64,000 nt of DNA from Ignavibacteriota bacterium (GCA_963801355.1 CAWDEM010000008.1:864001-928000), one strand, 5' to 3'. Shown: positions 27,787-38,428, numbered from the stretch's first letter. The notes: generated from the sequence alone by a model not told the origin. Program-made: numbers and translations.

Positions 27787-29335
27787 CCGCCCGGTATTCC
27801 CTGATCACCGTCACCTTGATCTGCCCGGGGTATTCCATCTCCCGCTCTATTTTCTCGGAGATATCGTGGGCAAGTTGATCGGCACGCGCATCATCCACGC
27901 GGTCCTGCTCGACCACAACGCGCACCTCCCTGCCCGCCTGGATAGCGTAGGATTTTGACACTCCGCGGAACGACTGTGAAAGCTCTTCGAGTTTTTCAAG
28001 TCGTTTCACATAGCCTTCCACTGATTCCCGGCGTGCTCCCGGCCGAGCGCCGCTGATCGCATCGGCCGCCTGGACCAGTGCGGCGATCGGCGATTCCATC
28101 GGGATATCATCGTGATGGGAGCCGATTGCGTTCGCCACCAGGGCATGTTCGCCGTACCTCTTGGCGACTTCGAAGCCGATCAAGGCATGCGGGCCCTCCA
28201 CGTTCTTGTCGACGCATTTCCCGATGTCGTGCAGAAGTCCAGCCCGTTTGGCAAGAATCGCATCGAGCCCCAGCTCGGCAGCCATCGCACCGGTGAGGAA
28301 TGAGACCTCGATGCTGTGCTGGAGCATATTCTGTCCGTAGCTCGAGCGGTACTTCATTTTTCCTATGAGCTTCAGGAGTTCCTTATGGGCGCCATGGAGC
28401 CCCACTTCGAGGAGTGTGTTTTCTCCGACTTTGAGGATTTCCTCCTCGAGTTCGGTGCGCACTTTCTCCACCACTTCCTCGATGCGCGCGGGGTGTATGC
28501 GCCCGTCGGCGATCAGGCGCTCGAGGGCGATGCGCGCAACTTCGCGGCGGAAGGGATCGAACCCCGAGAGGATGACGGCTTCGGGTGTATCATCGACAAT
28601 AACATCCACGCCTGTCGCCGCTTCAAACGCCCTGATATTGCGGCCTTCGCGTCCGATGATTCTCCCTTTCATTTCGTCGCTCTGGATATTCAGCACGCTG
28701 ACGGTCGTTTCGACGGAATGGTCCGCCGCCGTGCGCTGAATTGCCTGGACCACGAGTTTCTGGGCCTCTTTCTTGGCTTCATCCTTCGCGGTATCGCGGA
28801 TTCCCTTCAGCATCATAGCAGCTTCCGCACGCGCCTCGTTCGCCAGATTCTCGATCAGCTGCCGTTTGGCATCCTCGCGTGTCAGGCCGGAGAGGCGTTC
28901 CAGGCGGATATTTTCATCCGCCACCAGCCGTTCGAGTTCTTGTTCACGCGACTCAATGGCACGGTGCCGTTCGTCCATCTGGCGTTTCAACACCACCTGC
29001 TCCCGCTCTTTCCTGCTGAGCAGTTCGACTTTCCTATCGATGTTTTCTTCGCGGACGTCCAGGGCTTTTTCCTGGGCGGAGAGCTTGTTCCGCTTTGACT
29101 GCACGTCGGAGTCGAACTCCTTCTTTTTCGTGTACCACTCGTCTTTTACTTCAAGGAGTTTCTCCCGTTTCAGTGTATCTGCCTCTTTTGCCGCATCATC
29201 AAGGAGTTTCTTCGCCGCATCCTTTGCGGTCGCGATCCGGGTGCGGGACATCCGCTTGGTTACTGCCCAGCCGATGGTGAATCCCAGGACCGCGGCCACC
29301 AGGAGTATCGCGGGCGGCCACACACTAAGTTCCAT
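27770..29335 (-). CDS. rny: Ribonuclease Y
   Basis: N-terminal TM and coiled coil; KH domain [14 protein letters not shown]; HD domain LLHDIGK. Confidence 0.97.
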   Translation of the reverse strand: MELSVWPPAILLVAAVLGFTIGWAVTKRMSRTRIATAKDAAKKLLDDAAKEADTLKREKLLEVKDEWYTKKKEFDSDVQSKRNKLSAQEKALDVREENIDRKVELLSRKEREQVVLKRQMDERHRAIESREQELERLVADENIRLERLSGLTREDAKRQLIENLANEARAEAAMMLKGIRDTAKDEAKKEAQKLVVQAIQRTAADHSVETTVSVLNIQSDEMKGRIIGREGRNIRAFEAATGVDVIVDDTPEAVILSGFDPFRREVARIALERLIADGRIHPARIEEVVEKVRTELEEEILKVGENTLLEVGLHGAHKELLKLIGKMKYRSSYGQNMLQHSIEVSFLTGAMAAELGLDAILAKRAGLLHDIGKCVDKNVEGPHALIGFEVAKRYGEHALVANAIGSHHDDIPMESPIAALVQAADAISGARPGARRESVEGYVKRLEKLEELSQSFRGVSKSYAIQAGREVRVVVEQDRVDDARADQLAHDISEKIEREMEYPGQIKVTVIREYRAVAYAK

Positions 29336-29374
29336 ACCACCTCCATTTATCAAAGTCAGATCACAACAAAAAAA

Positions 29375-29610
29375 ATCCGCACTGCGTCAACCCTTCAGGA
29401 AGGCACATTAAAGAACCCTTCCATTCACAGTGGGTACCTGCCGGAGCGTCTTTTACTTCCACCCTCTCGCTCGTTCCGCGCTAGGCGGAAGTCATCGCAA
29501 GAATCCCGAACATCCGGGATGAGGCATGTAATCGACGCCCGCGAGCGGGGCTCCCATGATTACACTGTTGGTTCTTTATTTGTGTAAGTGAAGCGGTTGA
29601 CGGTGCGGAT
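29375..29610 (-). ncRNA. ssrS: 6S RNA (about 236 nt)
   Basis: Between zapA and rny. Closing stem ATCCGCAC-CGTCAACC / GGTTGACG-GTGCGGAT, A-rich bubble, inner stems AAAGAACC/GGTTCTTT and ACAGTG/CACTGT, 3' U-tract. Confidence 0.85.
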
Positions 29611-29653
29611 ATATTCCGTACGTCAGTACATCGACGATATTATGAAAGAACAG

Positions 29654-29947
29654 TCATTCCGACCGCATGCATGTATCCAGATGCTCGGACATCTTGACAA
29701 GCTCATCCTCGAACAGCGCGGCAACTGTTCCCGAGCGGTCGCGCTCTTTGAACAGCTCCTCCGTGATGTTCAGCGCGGTAAGTACCGCGACTGTCAGTGT
29801 CGGTTGTTCGGGGATCTTGTCATGGATGCTCGTAATCATTTCATCCACGTACGTAGCCACGCGGCGCGTGAAGTCTTCACTCTCGCCCCGCAGCGGGTAC
29901 TCCGAACCGAAAATCCGGACTTTGATACTTTTTTTATCCATGGTCAT
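29654..29947 (-). CDS. zapA: Cell division protein ZapA
   Basis: KVRIFGSEYPL, VATYVDEMI, AVLTALNITEEL. Confidence 0.92.
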   Translation of the reverse strand: MTMDKKSIKVRIFGSEYPLRGESEDFTRRVATYVDEMITSIHDKIPEQPTLTVAVLTALNITEELFKERDRSGTVAALFEDELVKMSEHLDTCMRSE

Positions 29948-29968
29948 CGTCGATCGTCGTCAGCCGCA

Positions 29969-30301
29969 TCACAGATACGCATCGATTCTCGCCAGAAGGT
30001 CCTTGACCTTCTGCGCGAGCGCCTCGCGTTCACCATTGCCAAAGGCCCTTGCCGCATCTCCCTCGCGGGCTTGCGACGCAGACCCGAGGAGTTGTTCCTT
30101 GCGCGAAAGCTCGGTCTGCAGATGCCGCACTTCCGCGCGCAACTGCTCTACCTGCGTGTGAAGAGCCTGCCGCTCCTCACGCAACTGCTGGATGAGATCG
30201 CCCGCCGAGCGCACTTTTTCCCAGAGTGCCTTCAGCGCGATCTCCACCGACCGAACATCTCCCGAAGCTTCAGATGGCGTTGTGCCGGTTGAGTTTTCCA
30301 A
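29969..30301 (-). CDS. ZapB-like coiled-coil protein
   Basis: Coiled coil ending KVKDLLARIDAYL, between pheT and zapA; start uncertain (TTG 30301). Confidence 0.7.
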   Translation of the reverse strand: MENSTGTTPSEASGDVRSVEIALKALWEKVRSAGDLIQQLREERQALHTQVEQLRAEVRHLQTELSRKEQLLGSASQAREGDAARAFGNGEREALAQKVKDLLARIDAYL

Positions 30302-30333
30302 GCTGTCGCTGTTGTTGTAGTGGCTGTTGAGTG

Positions 30334-32754
30334 CTACTGTACGCCGCGCAGCGTCCCACCGCACTCCTTCTCCACCGCGCCGATCACACGCTGCATCACC
30401 GCTTCAATATCGGCCTCGGTCAACGTCTTCTCCCGTGACATGAGTTCAAGTGCAAGGGCGATGCTCTTCACGCCCGCAGGGACATTGGGCCCCTGGTACA
30501 CATCAAACACTTCCACGGATGCAAGAAGTTCTCCCGCAGCTTTCCTGATCACATCAAGCACCGATCCGGCACTGGTGTCCTCGGCTACACCGAATGCGAC
30601 ATCCCGCCGCACTCTCGGATACCGTGGCAGCGAACTGAATTTCACTGCCCGGCGCCCCACAAGGCTCTCCAGTGCTATCTCCGCAACGAAAACTTCCTGC
30701 TCGATACCAAAGAACTTCAAGACGTCTGCCCGAACAGCTCCCGCATATCCGGCGTAACTGTCAGCAATTTCAATAGCTAGGGTGCTTTCAGTTAAACCGC
30801 TGGCGGTAGGATAAGAAATTACGCGGCATTTGTCAAGAGCAAATACTTCAAGCAAACCCTCGAGTATCCCCTTGATGTCATAGATGTCGCCCGCGCGCTT
30901 CTTTTCGCTCCAATCGCCGAGATTCCCAGCACCGGTCAGGAGCACCCCTATCCGCTCTTCTTCGAGAAAATCCTCCACAAGCTTCGGTTTTGCACTAAAA
31001 TCCCTACAAAAAACATGCCCAATTTCAAAGATCCGGAGGTCTGGAATGTTGATATTGATGTTTCGGGCCACGACATCCAGCATCCCCGGAATCAGGCTGG
31101 TACGCAGAAATCCCATATCCTGATTCTGCGGGTTGAGTATGGCAACGGGTTCTGCCCCGCTCAGCCGAGCGCGCTTTTCGTCATGCATGGAATTCGTGAT
31201 GACTTCGTGCAATCCCGATGCGACGAGATGCGTCCGGATGGGATCCGCCCGGGCCACCCGCGGAAACGGCTGGACAAAATCCACGCTCGTGCGTGTCTTG
31301 TCTTCGATGTTATTATACCCGTACACGCGCGCGACCTCTTCGATGAGATCGATCTCCCGTTCCAGATCGACCCTGAATGTCGGCACGGCAAATGTCACCA
31401 TCTCCTTCGTCTGTTTCACGGGCCGGAAACCCAGCCGGCGAAGCGAACGGAGCATGGCGGGGACGGGCTGGTTGATACCAATGATCGCGTTGGCCCGTGC
31501 CGGCCGCAACGTCACCAGACGTTCCTTCACCGGTTTTGGATAGACGTCGATCGCGCCTTTCAGGAGCGTGCCGCCTGCCAGATCCACGACAAGCGCTGCC
31601 GCACGCTCCAATGCATACGGCACGCCATTCGGATCGGCACCCCGTTCGAATCGCTGCGATGCATCAGTGCTTATCCCCAGCGACTTCGCAGTCCGCCTGA
31701 TGCTGGATGGGTTCCAATACGCGCTCTCGAGCACCACGTCGACGGTCGTGTCACGGATTTCAGAATTCTCGCCTCCCATGACGCCGGCAATGGACACCGG
31801 TTTCTTTCCGTCGCAGACCATGACCGAAGCCGGCGGCATCTCATGGTCCACACCGTCCAGCGTGCGGAAGCGAAGCCCTTCTCCCGCTTGCCGAATCACG
31901 AGACGCTGTCCTTCCAGCAAGGCATAATCGAACGCGTGCATCGGATGTCCCGATTCGAGCATGACAAAGTTCGTGATGTCGACGACATTGTTACGCGGGC
32001 GGAGCCCTGCAAGCTTCAGCCAATTCTGCAGCCACGGAGGCGAAGGTTTGATCGTGACACCACGGATCATCCGGGCGGCGAACCGGGGACAGTTCTTCCT
32101 GTCTTCGACAGTCACATGCAAATACGTGCGGATGGGTTCTTTCCCCTCTTTGAGGCGCACCGCCGGCATCTTCACCGGTTTGCCGGTGAGCACGCGCACC
32201 TCGCGGGCGAAGCCGAGGTGGCTCAGCCAGTCGGGACGGTTCGGTGTGATCTCGATATCGTAGACAACGTCATCCACGCCGAGATACTTTGCGAGGGGCT
32301 GGCCGACTTTCGCCTTTGCATCCAGAACGAGGATGCCGTCGGCATCCTTGCCGAGATCGAGTTCAAAGGCCGAGCAGATCATGCCGGATGACTCGACGCC
32401 GCGCAGCTTCACCTTTTGCAGAACGAACGGAGGGCCGCCGGGATCGTGCTGATTTTGCGGCACCGTCGCACCGACGAGTCCGACCGCCACCTTCTGGCCC
32501 GCCGCCACATTGGGTGCGCCGCACACAATCTGCAGGACTTCCTTCCCGACGTTGACGCGGCACACCGTCAGGCGATCGGCATTCGGGTGGCGCTCCGCTG
32601 CGAGCACCTGGCCCACGACGAAGCCGTTGTACCTGTCACCGGGTTTGGTGATGGCCTCGAACTCGAGGCCGAGCATGGTCAACCGGTCCGCCAGCTCCTG
32701 CGGAGCATAGGGGACATTGGTATACTGTTCGAGCCAACTCTGGACGATGTGCAT
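30334..32754 (-). CDS. pheT: Phenylalanine-tRNA ligase beta subunit
   Basis: HPNADRL, IVCGAPN, ITPNRPD, RFERG, DLIEEVARVYGY, FDX-ACB C-terminus. Confidence 0.97.
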   Translation of the reverse strand: MHIVQSWLEQYTNVPYAPQELADRLTMLGLEFEAITKPGDRYNGFVVGQVLAAERHPNADRLTVCRVNVGKEVLQIVCGAPNVAAGQKVAVGLVGATVPQNQHDPGGPPFVLQKVKLRGVESSGMICSAFELDLGKDADGILVLDAKAKVGQPLAKYLGVDDVVYDIEITPNRPDWLSHLGFAREVRVLTGKPVKMPAVRLKEGKEPIRTYLHVTVEDRKNCPRFAARMIRGVTIKPSPPWLQNWLKLAGLRPRNNVVDITNFVMLESGHPMHAFDYALLEGQRLVIRQAGEGLRFRTLDGVDHEMPPASVMVCDGKKPVSIAGVMGGENSEIRDTTVDVVLESAYWNPSSIRRTAKSLGISTDASQRFERGADPNGVPYALERAAALVVDLAGGTLLKGAIDVYPKPVKERLVTLRPARANAIIGINQPVPAMLRSLRRLGFRPVKQTKEMVTFAVPTFRVDLEREIDLIEEVARVYGYNNIEDKTRTSVDFVQPFPRVARADPIRTHLVASGLHEVITNSMHDEKRARLSGAEPVAILNPQNQDMGFLRTSLIPGMLDVVARNININIPDLRIFEIGHVFCRDFSAKPKLVEDFLEEERIGVLLTGAGNLGDWSEKKRAGDIYDIKGILEGLLEVFALDKCRVISYPTASGLTESTLAIEIADSYAGYAGAVRADVLKFFGIEQEVFVAEIALESLVGRRAVKFSSLPRYPRVRRDVAFGVAEDTSAGSVLDVIRKAAGELLASVEVFDVYQGPNVPAGVKSIALALELMSREKTLTEADIEAVMQRVIGAVEKECGGTLRGVQ

Positions 32755-32756
32755 GG

Positions 32757-33764
32757 TCAGAACTGCTTCAGGAATCGCATGTCGTTTTCAAAGAAAAGCC
32801 GGATGTCATCAATGCCATAGCGCAGCAGGGCGACACGTTCGATGCCCATGCCGAAGGCATAGCCGGTGTATTTTTCGGAATCATATCCCACGGAGCGAAA
32901 GACATTCGGATCCACCATACCGCAGCCGAGGATTTCCAGCCAGCCGGTCTGCTTGCAGAGCCGGCATCCTTTGCCGCCGCACAGGAAGCAGGTAATATAG
33001 ATATCCGCGCTCGGTTCCGTGAACGGGAAGAATGTCGGCCTGAACATGTACTTCAGGCCGCTCCCGTAAAATTGTTTGATGAAGGAGATCAGCGTGCCCT
33101 TCAGGTCGCTGAAGGTGACACCCCTGTCGACGTGCAGTCCTTCCACCTGGTGAAACAGGCAGTAGCTGCGCGAACTGATGGCTTCGTTCCGGTAGACCTT
33201 GCCCGGCATGATCACGCGCACCGGCGGGGGGAACTGTTCCATCACGCGGATCTGGACGGGAGAGGTATGTGTCCGCAGGAGCGCCTGGGGGCTCAGAAAA
33301 AACGTGTCCTGCATATCGCGCGCCGGGTGGTCCGGGGGGAAATTGAGTGCTCCGAAGTTGTGATAATCGTCCTCGATTTCCGGGCCGTCGGCGATGCCGA
33401 ACCCCATGGAAACGAAGACCGCTTTGATCTCATCCAGCACCTGTGTCAGCAGATGCCGGGACCCGATGAACTGGCGTCGTCCCGGGAGGGTGAGATCGAG
33501 TGCTTTCGAGGTTCGTTGGACTTCCTGAGTGCCGGCGAGGCGCTGGTCGAACAGGGCCTGGACTTCCGTACGGAGCGCATTAAGGTGCTTGCCAACGGCG
33601 GGTTTTTCCTCTGCGGGCACAGCGCGGAGGGCATCGAACAGCTCGGCGATTTTCCCTTTGCGGGCGAGATAGGAGATGCGGAAGGCTTCGAGTGCCGCCC
33701 TGTCGTTCGCGGCAGCCAGGTCCTCCTCCGCCTGCCGCCTGATGGCGGCAATTTTCTCAAGCAT
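32757..33764 (-). CDS. pheS: Phenylalanine-tRNA ligase alpha subunit
   Basis: [33 protein letters not shown]. Confidence 0.98.
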   Translation of the reverse strand: MLEKIAAIRRQAEEDLAAANDRAALEAFRISYLARKGKIAELFDALRAVPAEEKPAVGKHLNALRTEVQALFDQRLAGTQEVQRTSKALDLTLPGRRQFIGSRHLLTQVLDEIKAVFVSMGFGIADGPEIEDDYHNFGALNFPPDHPARDMQDTFFLSPQALLRTHTSPVQIRVMEQFPPPVRVIMPGKVYRNEAISSRSYCLFHQVEGLHVDRGVTFSDLKGTLISFIKQFYGSGLKYMFRPTFFPFTEPSADIYITCFLCGGKGCRLCKQTGWLEILGCGMVDPNVFRSVGYDSEKYTGYAFGMGIERVALLRYGIDDIRLFFENDMRFLKQF

Positions 33765-33855
33765 GGGAGATTCCTGTGAGAGAGATGAAGCCCTTCATGC
33801 GCTGCGGGGCGCGGGTGGCGTCACCGCGCTCCGCGCGCGCGAAGAGCGTGAAGAC

Positions 33856-34203
33856 TCAAGAGAGGGCGAACTTCACCACTTCGGCAAACGCCGCGGGATT
33901 GCTCACCGCGAGTTCGGCCAGAATCTTCCGGTTGAGGTCGATTTCTTTCTTGTTGAGCCCTGCGATAACGCGGGAATAGGTCGTGCCGTTCAGCTTGGCC
34001 GCGGCATTGATGCGCGCAATCCAGAGCTGACGGAAGGTCCGTTTCTTCGCCTTGCGATCACGGTAGGCATACTGCATGCCTTTGTCGACGTGATGCTTCG
34101 CGATCGTGATGACCTTGCTTCTCGCGCCCCAGTAGCCTTTCGCTTGTTCGAGAATTCTCTTGCGACGGCGGTGGGAGGCAACTTTATTTTGCGAGCGTGG
34201 CAT
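33856..34203 (-). CDS. rplT: 50S ribosomal protein L20
   Basis: [24 protein letters not shown]. Confidence 0.98.
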   Translation of the reverse strand: MPRSQNKVASHRRRKRILEQAKGYWGARSKVITIAKHHVDKGMQYAYRDRKAKKRTFRQLWIARINAAAKLNGTTYSRVIAGLNKKEIDLNRKILAELAVSNPAAFAEVVKFALS

Positions 34204-34271
34204 AGTTGCACTTGATCCTTGATGTGTGAGTAAAAGACCGGCGGACGGTTACCGCATGGCTGGGTGTTGCC

Positions 34272-34466
34272 TCAGACATTCAGCATCCTTCGCACGGCAT
34301 GATCATCCTGCTTTGCTACCGTGTGCCCCAGGCGGAGTTTTCGTTTCCGCTTGCGGCTTTTGGAGGTCAGGATGTGGCTGCGATATGCTGCAGCCCTTTT
34401 GAGTTTGCCCGACGCATTCAGCTTGAAGCGTTTCTTCGCGCTGCTGCGCGTCTTGGTCTTGGGCAT
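34272..34466 (-). CDS. rpmI: 50S ribosomal protein L35
   Basis: [21 protein letters not shown]. Confidence 0.97.
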   Translation of the reverse strand: MPKTKTRSSAKKRFKLNASGKLKRAAAYRSHILTSKSRKRKRKLRLGHTVAKQDDHAVRRMLNV

Positions 34467-34481
34467 GAGAGCTTCCTTTCG

Positions 34482-35090
34482 TTACGTTGTACTGCCCGCC
34501 GGCGCGGGCGCCTCTGCTCCGCCGGGGGACACGGGCTTGGCGTCCACCTTCTCCGGCTTCGCTTCCGGTTTCTTCTTCTTCTCCGGGACAAGAATCGTGA
34601 TCATGCTCCGGCCTTCCATATGCGCTGACTGATCCACCTTGGAACACTCTGTCAGGGCTTCCACCAGCCTTGCCAGCAACACCTCCCCCTTCTCCTTGTA
34701 GGTGATCTCGCGCCCCTTGAACACCACGGTCGCTTTCACCTTGTGCCCCTCTGCGAGAAATCTCTTCGCGTGCCGCACCTTGAACTCAAAATCATGCGTG
34801 TCGGTGTTCGGATGGAACCGGAGTTCCTTGAGCAAGGACACATGCTGATGTTTCTTCTGCAGCTTGTCTTTCTTCGCAAGCTCGTATTTGAACTTGCCGA
34901 AGTTGATGATCTTGCAGACCGGCGGGACCGCGTTCGGGACGATCTCCACGAGATCGGCTTCCCGTTCGCGCGCCAGATTGATGGCGGCTGTCGGAGTCAT
35001 GACGCCAAGCTGGCCGCCATGTTGATCAATGACCCGTACCTCTGCGACACGGATCTCGTCATTGATGCGAGGGCGTTTCTCTTTGCTGAT
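34482..35090 (-). CDS. infC: Translation initiation factor IF-3, ATC start codon
   Basis: GGAGG-7 nt-ATC at 35090, in frame with (I)SKEKRPRINDEIRVAEVRVID..DLVEIVPNAVPPVCK. Confidence 0.95.
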   Translation of the reverse strand: MSKEKRPRINDEIRVAEVRVIDQHGGQLGVMTPTAAINLAREREADLVEIVPNAVPPVCKIINFGKFKYELAKKDKLQKKHQHVSLLKELRFHPNTDTHDFEFKVRHAKRFLAEGHKVKATVVFKGREITYKEKGEVLLARLVEALTECSKVDQSAHMEGRSMITILVPEKKKKPEAKPEKVDAKPVSPGGAEAPAPAGSTT

Positions 35091-35101
35091 GGATGCGCCT
35101 C

Positions 35102-37042
35102 CTAGGATGTGAGTGATTTATCGTTGATCAGTTGCCGGAGACGGGTGATGAGTTCCCCCGTGGGCACAGCACCCTGGTCGCCAAGCCGGTGCCGGCGCAC
35201 GGCCACAGTGCCATTCTGACGCTCCTTCTCCCCCACGACCAGCATGTACGGAGCTTTCTTGTTTTCCCATTCCCGGATCTTGTACCCGACTTTTTCATTG
35301 CGGTCGTCCAACTCCGTGCGGATGCCGGACGAAGCGAGCTGCTTCACCACTTCCTGTGCGTACGGGAGATGCGCGTCGGTGATCGGCATGACCACCGCCT
35401 GCACAGGGGCCAGCCAGAGCGGGAACTCGCCCGCATAGTGCTCGATGAGAATCCCGATGAACCGCTCGAGGGATCCGAACGGTGCACGGTGAATGATCAC
35501 CGGACGGTGCTTCTGGCCGTCGCTGCCCGTATACTCCAGCTTGAACCGCTCGGGCATGACGTAATCCACCTGGACCGTGCCGAGCTGCCATGTGCGCAGC
35601 AACGCATCCTGCACCATGAAGTCGATTTTCGGCCCGTAAAACGCCGCCTCGCCGATCCCGACGAAGTAGTTCAGCTTCATCGCATCAGCGGCTTCCTGGA
35701 TATCGTGCTCCGCCTGGACCCAGAGCTCATCCGGGCCGCCGTACTTTTCCTTGTTCTTCGGATCGCGGAATGACAGCCGCGTCTTGAATTCCTTGAAACC
35801 GAGCGACGTGAACACGAGTTGCGTCAGCTCGATGACGTTGCACAGCTCTTCTTTCAGCTGATCCTGGCGGACGTACAGGTGCGAATCATCCTGCGTGAAG
35901 CAGCGCACGCGTGTCAGTCCATTCAGTTCGCCTGACTGCTCGAAACGGTAGACGGTGCCGAATTCCGCAAGGCGGATGGGCAAATCACGGTAGCTCCGCG
36001 GCTTCGCCAGGTACACCTGGTGGTGGTGCGGACAATTCATCGGCTTCAGCAAGAAATCCTCGCCGTCCATCAGGATCGGCGCGAACTGGCTGTCCTTGTA
36101 GTACGGATAGTGTCCGCTCTGCCGGTACAGGTTGAGGTTCGCGATATGGGGCGTGACGACCGGCAGGTATCCGCGCTTGCGTTGCTCATCCCTGAGGAAC
36201 GCTTCCAGCGTCTCGCGCAGCACCGTCCCCTTGGGCAACCAGATCGGAAGTCCGGCACCCACCGCGGGAGTGAACAGGAACAATTCCAGCTCGGCACCCA
36301 GCTTGCGGTGATCGCGCCGCTTGGCTTCTTCCAGCCGGTGCAGATAATCGTCCAGTTCTTTCTGGGCCGGGAATGTCACCCCGTAGATGCGTTGCAGCAT
36401 CTTGTTCTTTTCGTTCCCGCGCCAGTACGCCCCCGCGACATTCAACAGCTTGATCGCTTTGATCCGTCCGGCCGACGGGATATGAGGGCCGGAGCAGAGG
36501 TCGGTGAAGTTGCCGCTGTGGTAGAACGTAATGGGTTCGCCGCGGAGGCCTTCCAGCAGTTCGAGCTTGTACTGATCACCCTTTTTCGTGAAGTAGTCTA
36601 CCGCATCCTGCCAGTCGCGGTTCTCGCGCACGATCGGGGCGTCTTGCTGCGCAAGTACGCGCATCCGCTCTTCGATCTTTCCAAGGTCCTCGGCTGTCAG
36701 CGAATGTTCGCCGAGGTCGATGTCATAGTAGAAGCCGGTTTCAATGGCCGGACCGATGCCAAATTTTGCGCCCGGGAAGAGCGACTCGACGGCTTCGGCC
36801 ATCAGATGGGCGGAACTGTGCCAATACGCATGCCGACCCTGGTCATCCTTCCATGTGAGGATGCGTACCCCGGCATCGCTTGCGATCGGCCGCGCGAGGT
36901 CCCACGTCTCCCCGTTCACGAGAACGGCGAGCGCTTCGCGGGCGAGCCCGGTGCTGATGCTCTGGGCGATCTGCAGTCCGGTAACGCCGTCATCGAACTG
37001 GCGCACCGAGCCATCGGGCAGTGTGATATTGATCTGGCTCAT
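35102..37042 (-). CDS. thrS: Threonine-tRNA ligase
   Basis: TGS domain, WHSSAHLMA, RDHRKLG, LKPMNCP, AFYGPKID, HRAPFGSLERF. Confidence 0.98.
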   Translation of the reverse strand: MSQINITLPDGSVRQFDDGVTGLQIAQSISTGLAREALAVLVNGETWDLARPIASDAGVRILTWKDDQGRHAYWHSSAHLMAEAVESLFPGAKFGIGPAIETGFYYDIDLGEHSLTAEDLGKIEERMRVLAQQDAPIVRENRDWQDAVDYFTKKGDQYKLELLEGLRGEPITFYHSGNFTDLCSGPHIPSAGRIKAIKLLNVAGAYWRGNEKNKMLQRIYGVTFPAQKELDDYLHRLEEAKRRDHRKLGAELELFLFTPAVGAGLPIWLPKGTVLRETLEAFLRDEQRKRGYLPVVTPHIANLNLYRQSGHYPYYKDSQFAPILMDGEDFLLKPMNCPHHHQVYLAKPRSYRDLPIRLAEFGTVYRFEQSGELNGLTRVRCFTQDDSHLYVRQDQLKEELCNVIELTQLVFTSLGFKEFKTRLSFRDPKNKEKYGGPDELWVQAEHDIQEAADAMKLNYFVGIGEAAFYGPKIDFMVQDALLRTWQLGTVQVDYVMPERFKLEYTGSDGQKHRPVIIHRAPFGSLERFIGILIEHYAGEFPLWLAPVQAVVMPITDAHLPYAQEVVKQLASSGIRTELDDRNEKVGYKIREWENKKAPYMLVVGEKERQNGTVAVRRHRLGDQGAVPTGELITRLRQLINDKSLTS

Positions 37043-37056
37043 TCGGATGAAAGTGA

Positions 37057-37085
37057 TAAAAAAATCGTCCCTCCTGGGGGACGAT
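37057..37085 (-). terminator. Terminator-like hairpin between tRNA-Val and thrS
   Basis: ATCGTCCC-CCAGGA-GGGACGAT-TTTTTT. Confidence 0.65.
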
Positions 37086-37096
37086 CGTCCTCGATG

Positions 37097-37170
<74 letters not shown>

Positions 37171-37180
37171 ATGGATTAGC

Positions 37181-37209
37181 AATATACGAACGGTCGTGCT
37201 GAAACGCAA
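37181..37209 (-). promoter_or_regulatory. sigma70 promoter of tRNA-Val and thrS
   Basis: TTGCGT-17 nt-TATATT. Confidence 0.7.
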
Positions 37210-37227
37210 TGAAAAAAGGGTGTGCCC

Positions 37228-37273
37228 GAGCCCGGTTGTATCGGAGCCGGGTGTACCGGAGCTGGTTGTACCG
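37228..37273. repeat. 15-nt repeat x3 reiterating the tRNA-Leu 3' end
   Basis: Minus strand: CGGTACAACCAGCTC CGGTACACCCGGCTC CGATACAACCGGGCTC. Confidence 0.75.
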
Positions 37274-37354
37274 GGGGCGGGACTTGAACCCGCACGGACC
37301 TTGCGGTCCAAAGGATTTTAAGTCCTTTGCGTCTACCAATTCCGCCACCCCGGC
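37269..37354 (-). tRNA. tRNA-Leu(TAA)
   Basis: GCCGGGGTGGCGGAATTGGTAGACGC..AAGGA-CTTAAAA-TCCTT, long variable arm, GGTTCAAGTCC. Confidence 0.96.
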
Positions 37355-37458
37355 ATGGCCGTAGTGTACCAAGACAAATCGTAGAATGCAAACCGGTTCC
37401 GGGCGGACCGTAAAGCAGAACGCCCATCGGGGATGGGCGCTCATGTGCGTTCTTTGTG

Positions 37459-37531
37459 AGGCGACGATCGGAATCGAACCGATGAATAGAGGTTTTGCAG
37501 ACCTCCGCCTTAGCCACTTGGCTACGTCGCC
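37459..37531 (-). tRNA. tRNA-Cys(GCA)
   Basis: GGCGACGTAGCCAAGTGGCTAAGGC..GAGGT-CTGCAAA-ACCTC..GGTTCGATTCC; U73 discriminator. Confidence 0.96.
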
Positions 37532-37660
37532 GGGGCAAACGTCTTAAAAATAACCCCGCCGCCTGGTGGGATTGGGGGCGGCGGGGCACTTCACAAGAGG
37601 AAGTGTAACGGAAGCTCGGGCGCGATTGCCTCCGCTCCCTGTCCCGTTGCCACGGGACAG

Positions 37661-37733
<73 letters not shown>

Positions 37734-37746
37734 GGCTCGCGAACCG

Positions 37747-37775
37747 AATATACAAATTCGGAGGAGGCGAAGCAA
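37747..37775 (-). promoter_or_regulatory. sigma70 promoter of the tRNA Gly-Cys-Leu operon
   Basis: TTGCTT-17 nt-TATATT. Confidence 0.75.
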
Positions 37776-37897
37776 GTACTTTCTGGAGGGGGGCGGCTGC
37801 GGCGCACTCAGGGCATACGAGAGCGGGCTGCGCCGCATGAGGGGTATGGGAGGGTGGCCTCCGCGTCATGCAGGGAAAGGCCCGGTCCTGGCACCGA

Positions 37898-38428
37898 TTA
37901 TGTAAACTTGGGGTCAGACCCCGAAATCAACGGCAAAATCAAGTCGGCGTATGAGCCGGACATGCCCTCCTCCCCTTCCAACCCAAACCCCCGCCGCAAC
38001 TCAGCCATCACGCGCTCGGCCTGAGCAGGCTCCTCGTTCGTCACCTCGAACTCCAGGAATGTCCCCAACCCATCGACTTCGTCCAGATGAATCCGCGCAT
38101 CAGGAGTAAGAAACAGGTGCCGCTTCTTACGGACCACACACAGGACCCCGAGTGCTTGCACAAGGGCCTCTTCCAATCCGGGAGCACGTGAAAGCGCGAA
38201 CCGTTGATACGAGCTCCAACGGTCCCCCTTCCGGTCCGGACGTTCATAGATGATGAGCTCGGCGTCACCGGCCCCGTCACGCCGAATCTTCATTCTGCCG
38301 CGGGGAACAACCAGGTATGTGTCTTCTTGATTCAGAATACCTTGGGATGCAGCTCCGATCCTGTGGGCTGCCTCACAGGCAGTGGAAACGCTCGATATCC
38401 GGCACTTCAGCTCAAGGTTGCGGGGCAT
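37898..38428 (-). CDS. CYTH-domain (class IV adenylate cyclase/CyaB-like) protein
   Basis: MPRNLELK (ExK), QEDTY, VVRKKR, IHLDEVDGLGTFLEFEV, GSY. Confidence 0.9.
   Translation of the reverse strand: MPRNLELKCRISSVSTACEAAHRIGAASQGILNQEDTYLVVPRGRMKIRRDGAGDAELIIYERPDRKGDRWSSYQRFALSRAPGLEEALVQALGVLCVVRKKRHLFLTPDARIHLDEVDGLGTFLEFEVTNEEPAQAERVMAELRRGFGLEGEEGMSGSYADLILPLISGSDPKFT

Noticed and set aside
33765-33855. pheM-type attenuator or T-box before pheS
   Set aside because: No Phe-rich leader peptide, T-box motif or U-tract; only GC-rich pairing potential.
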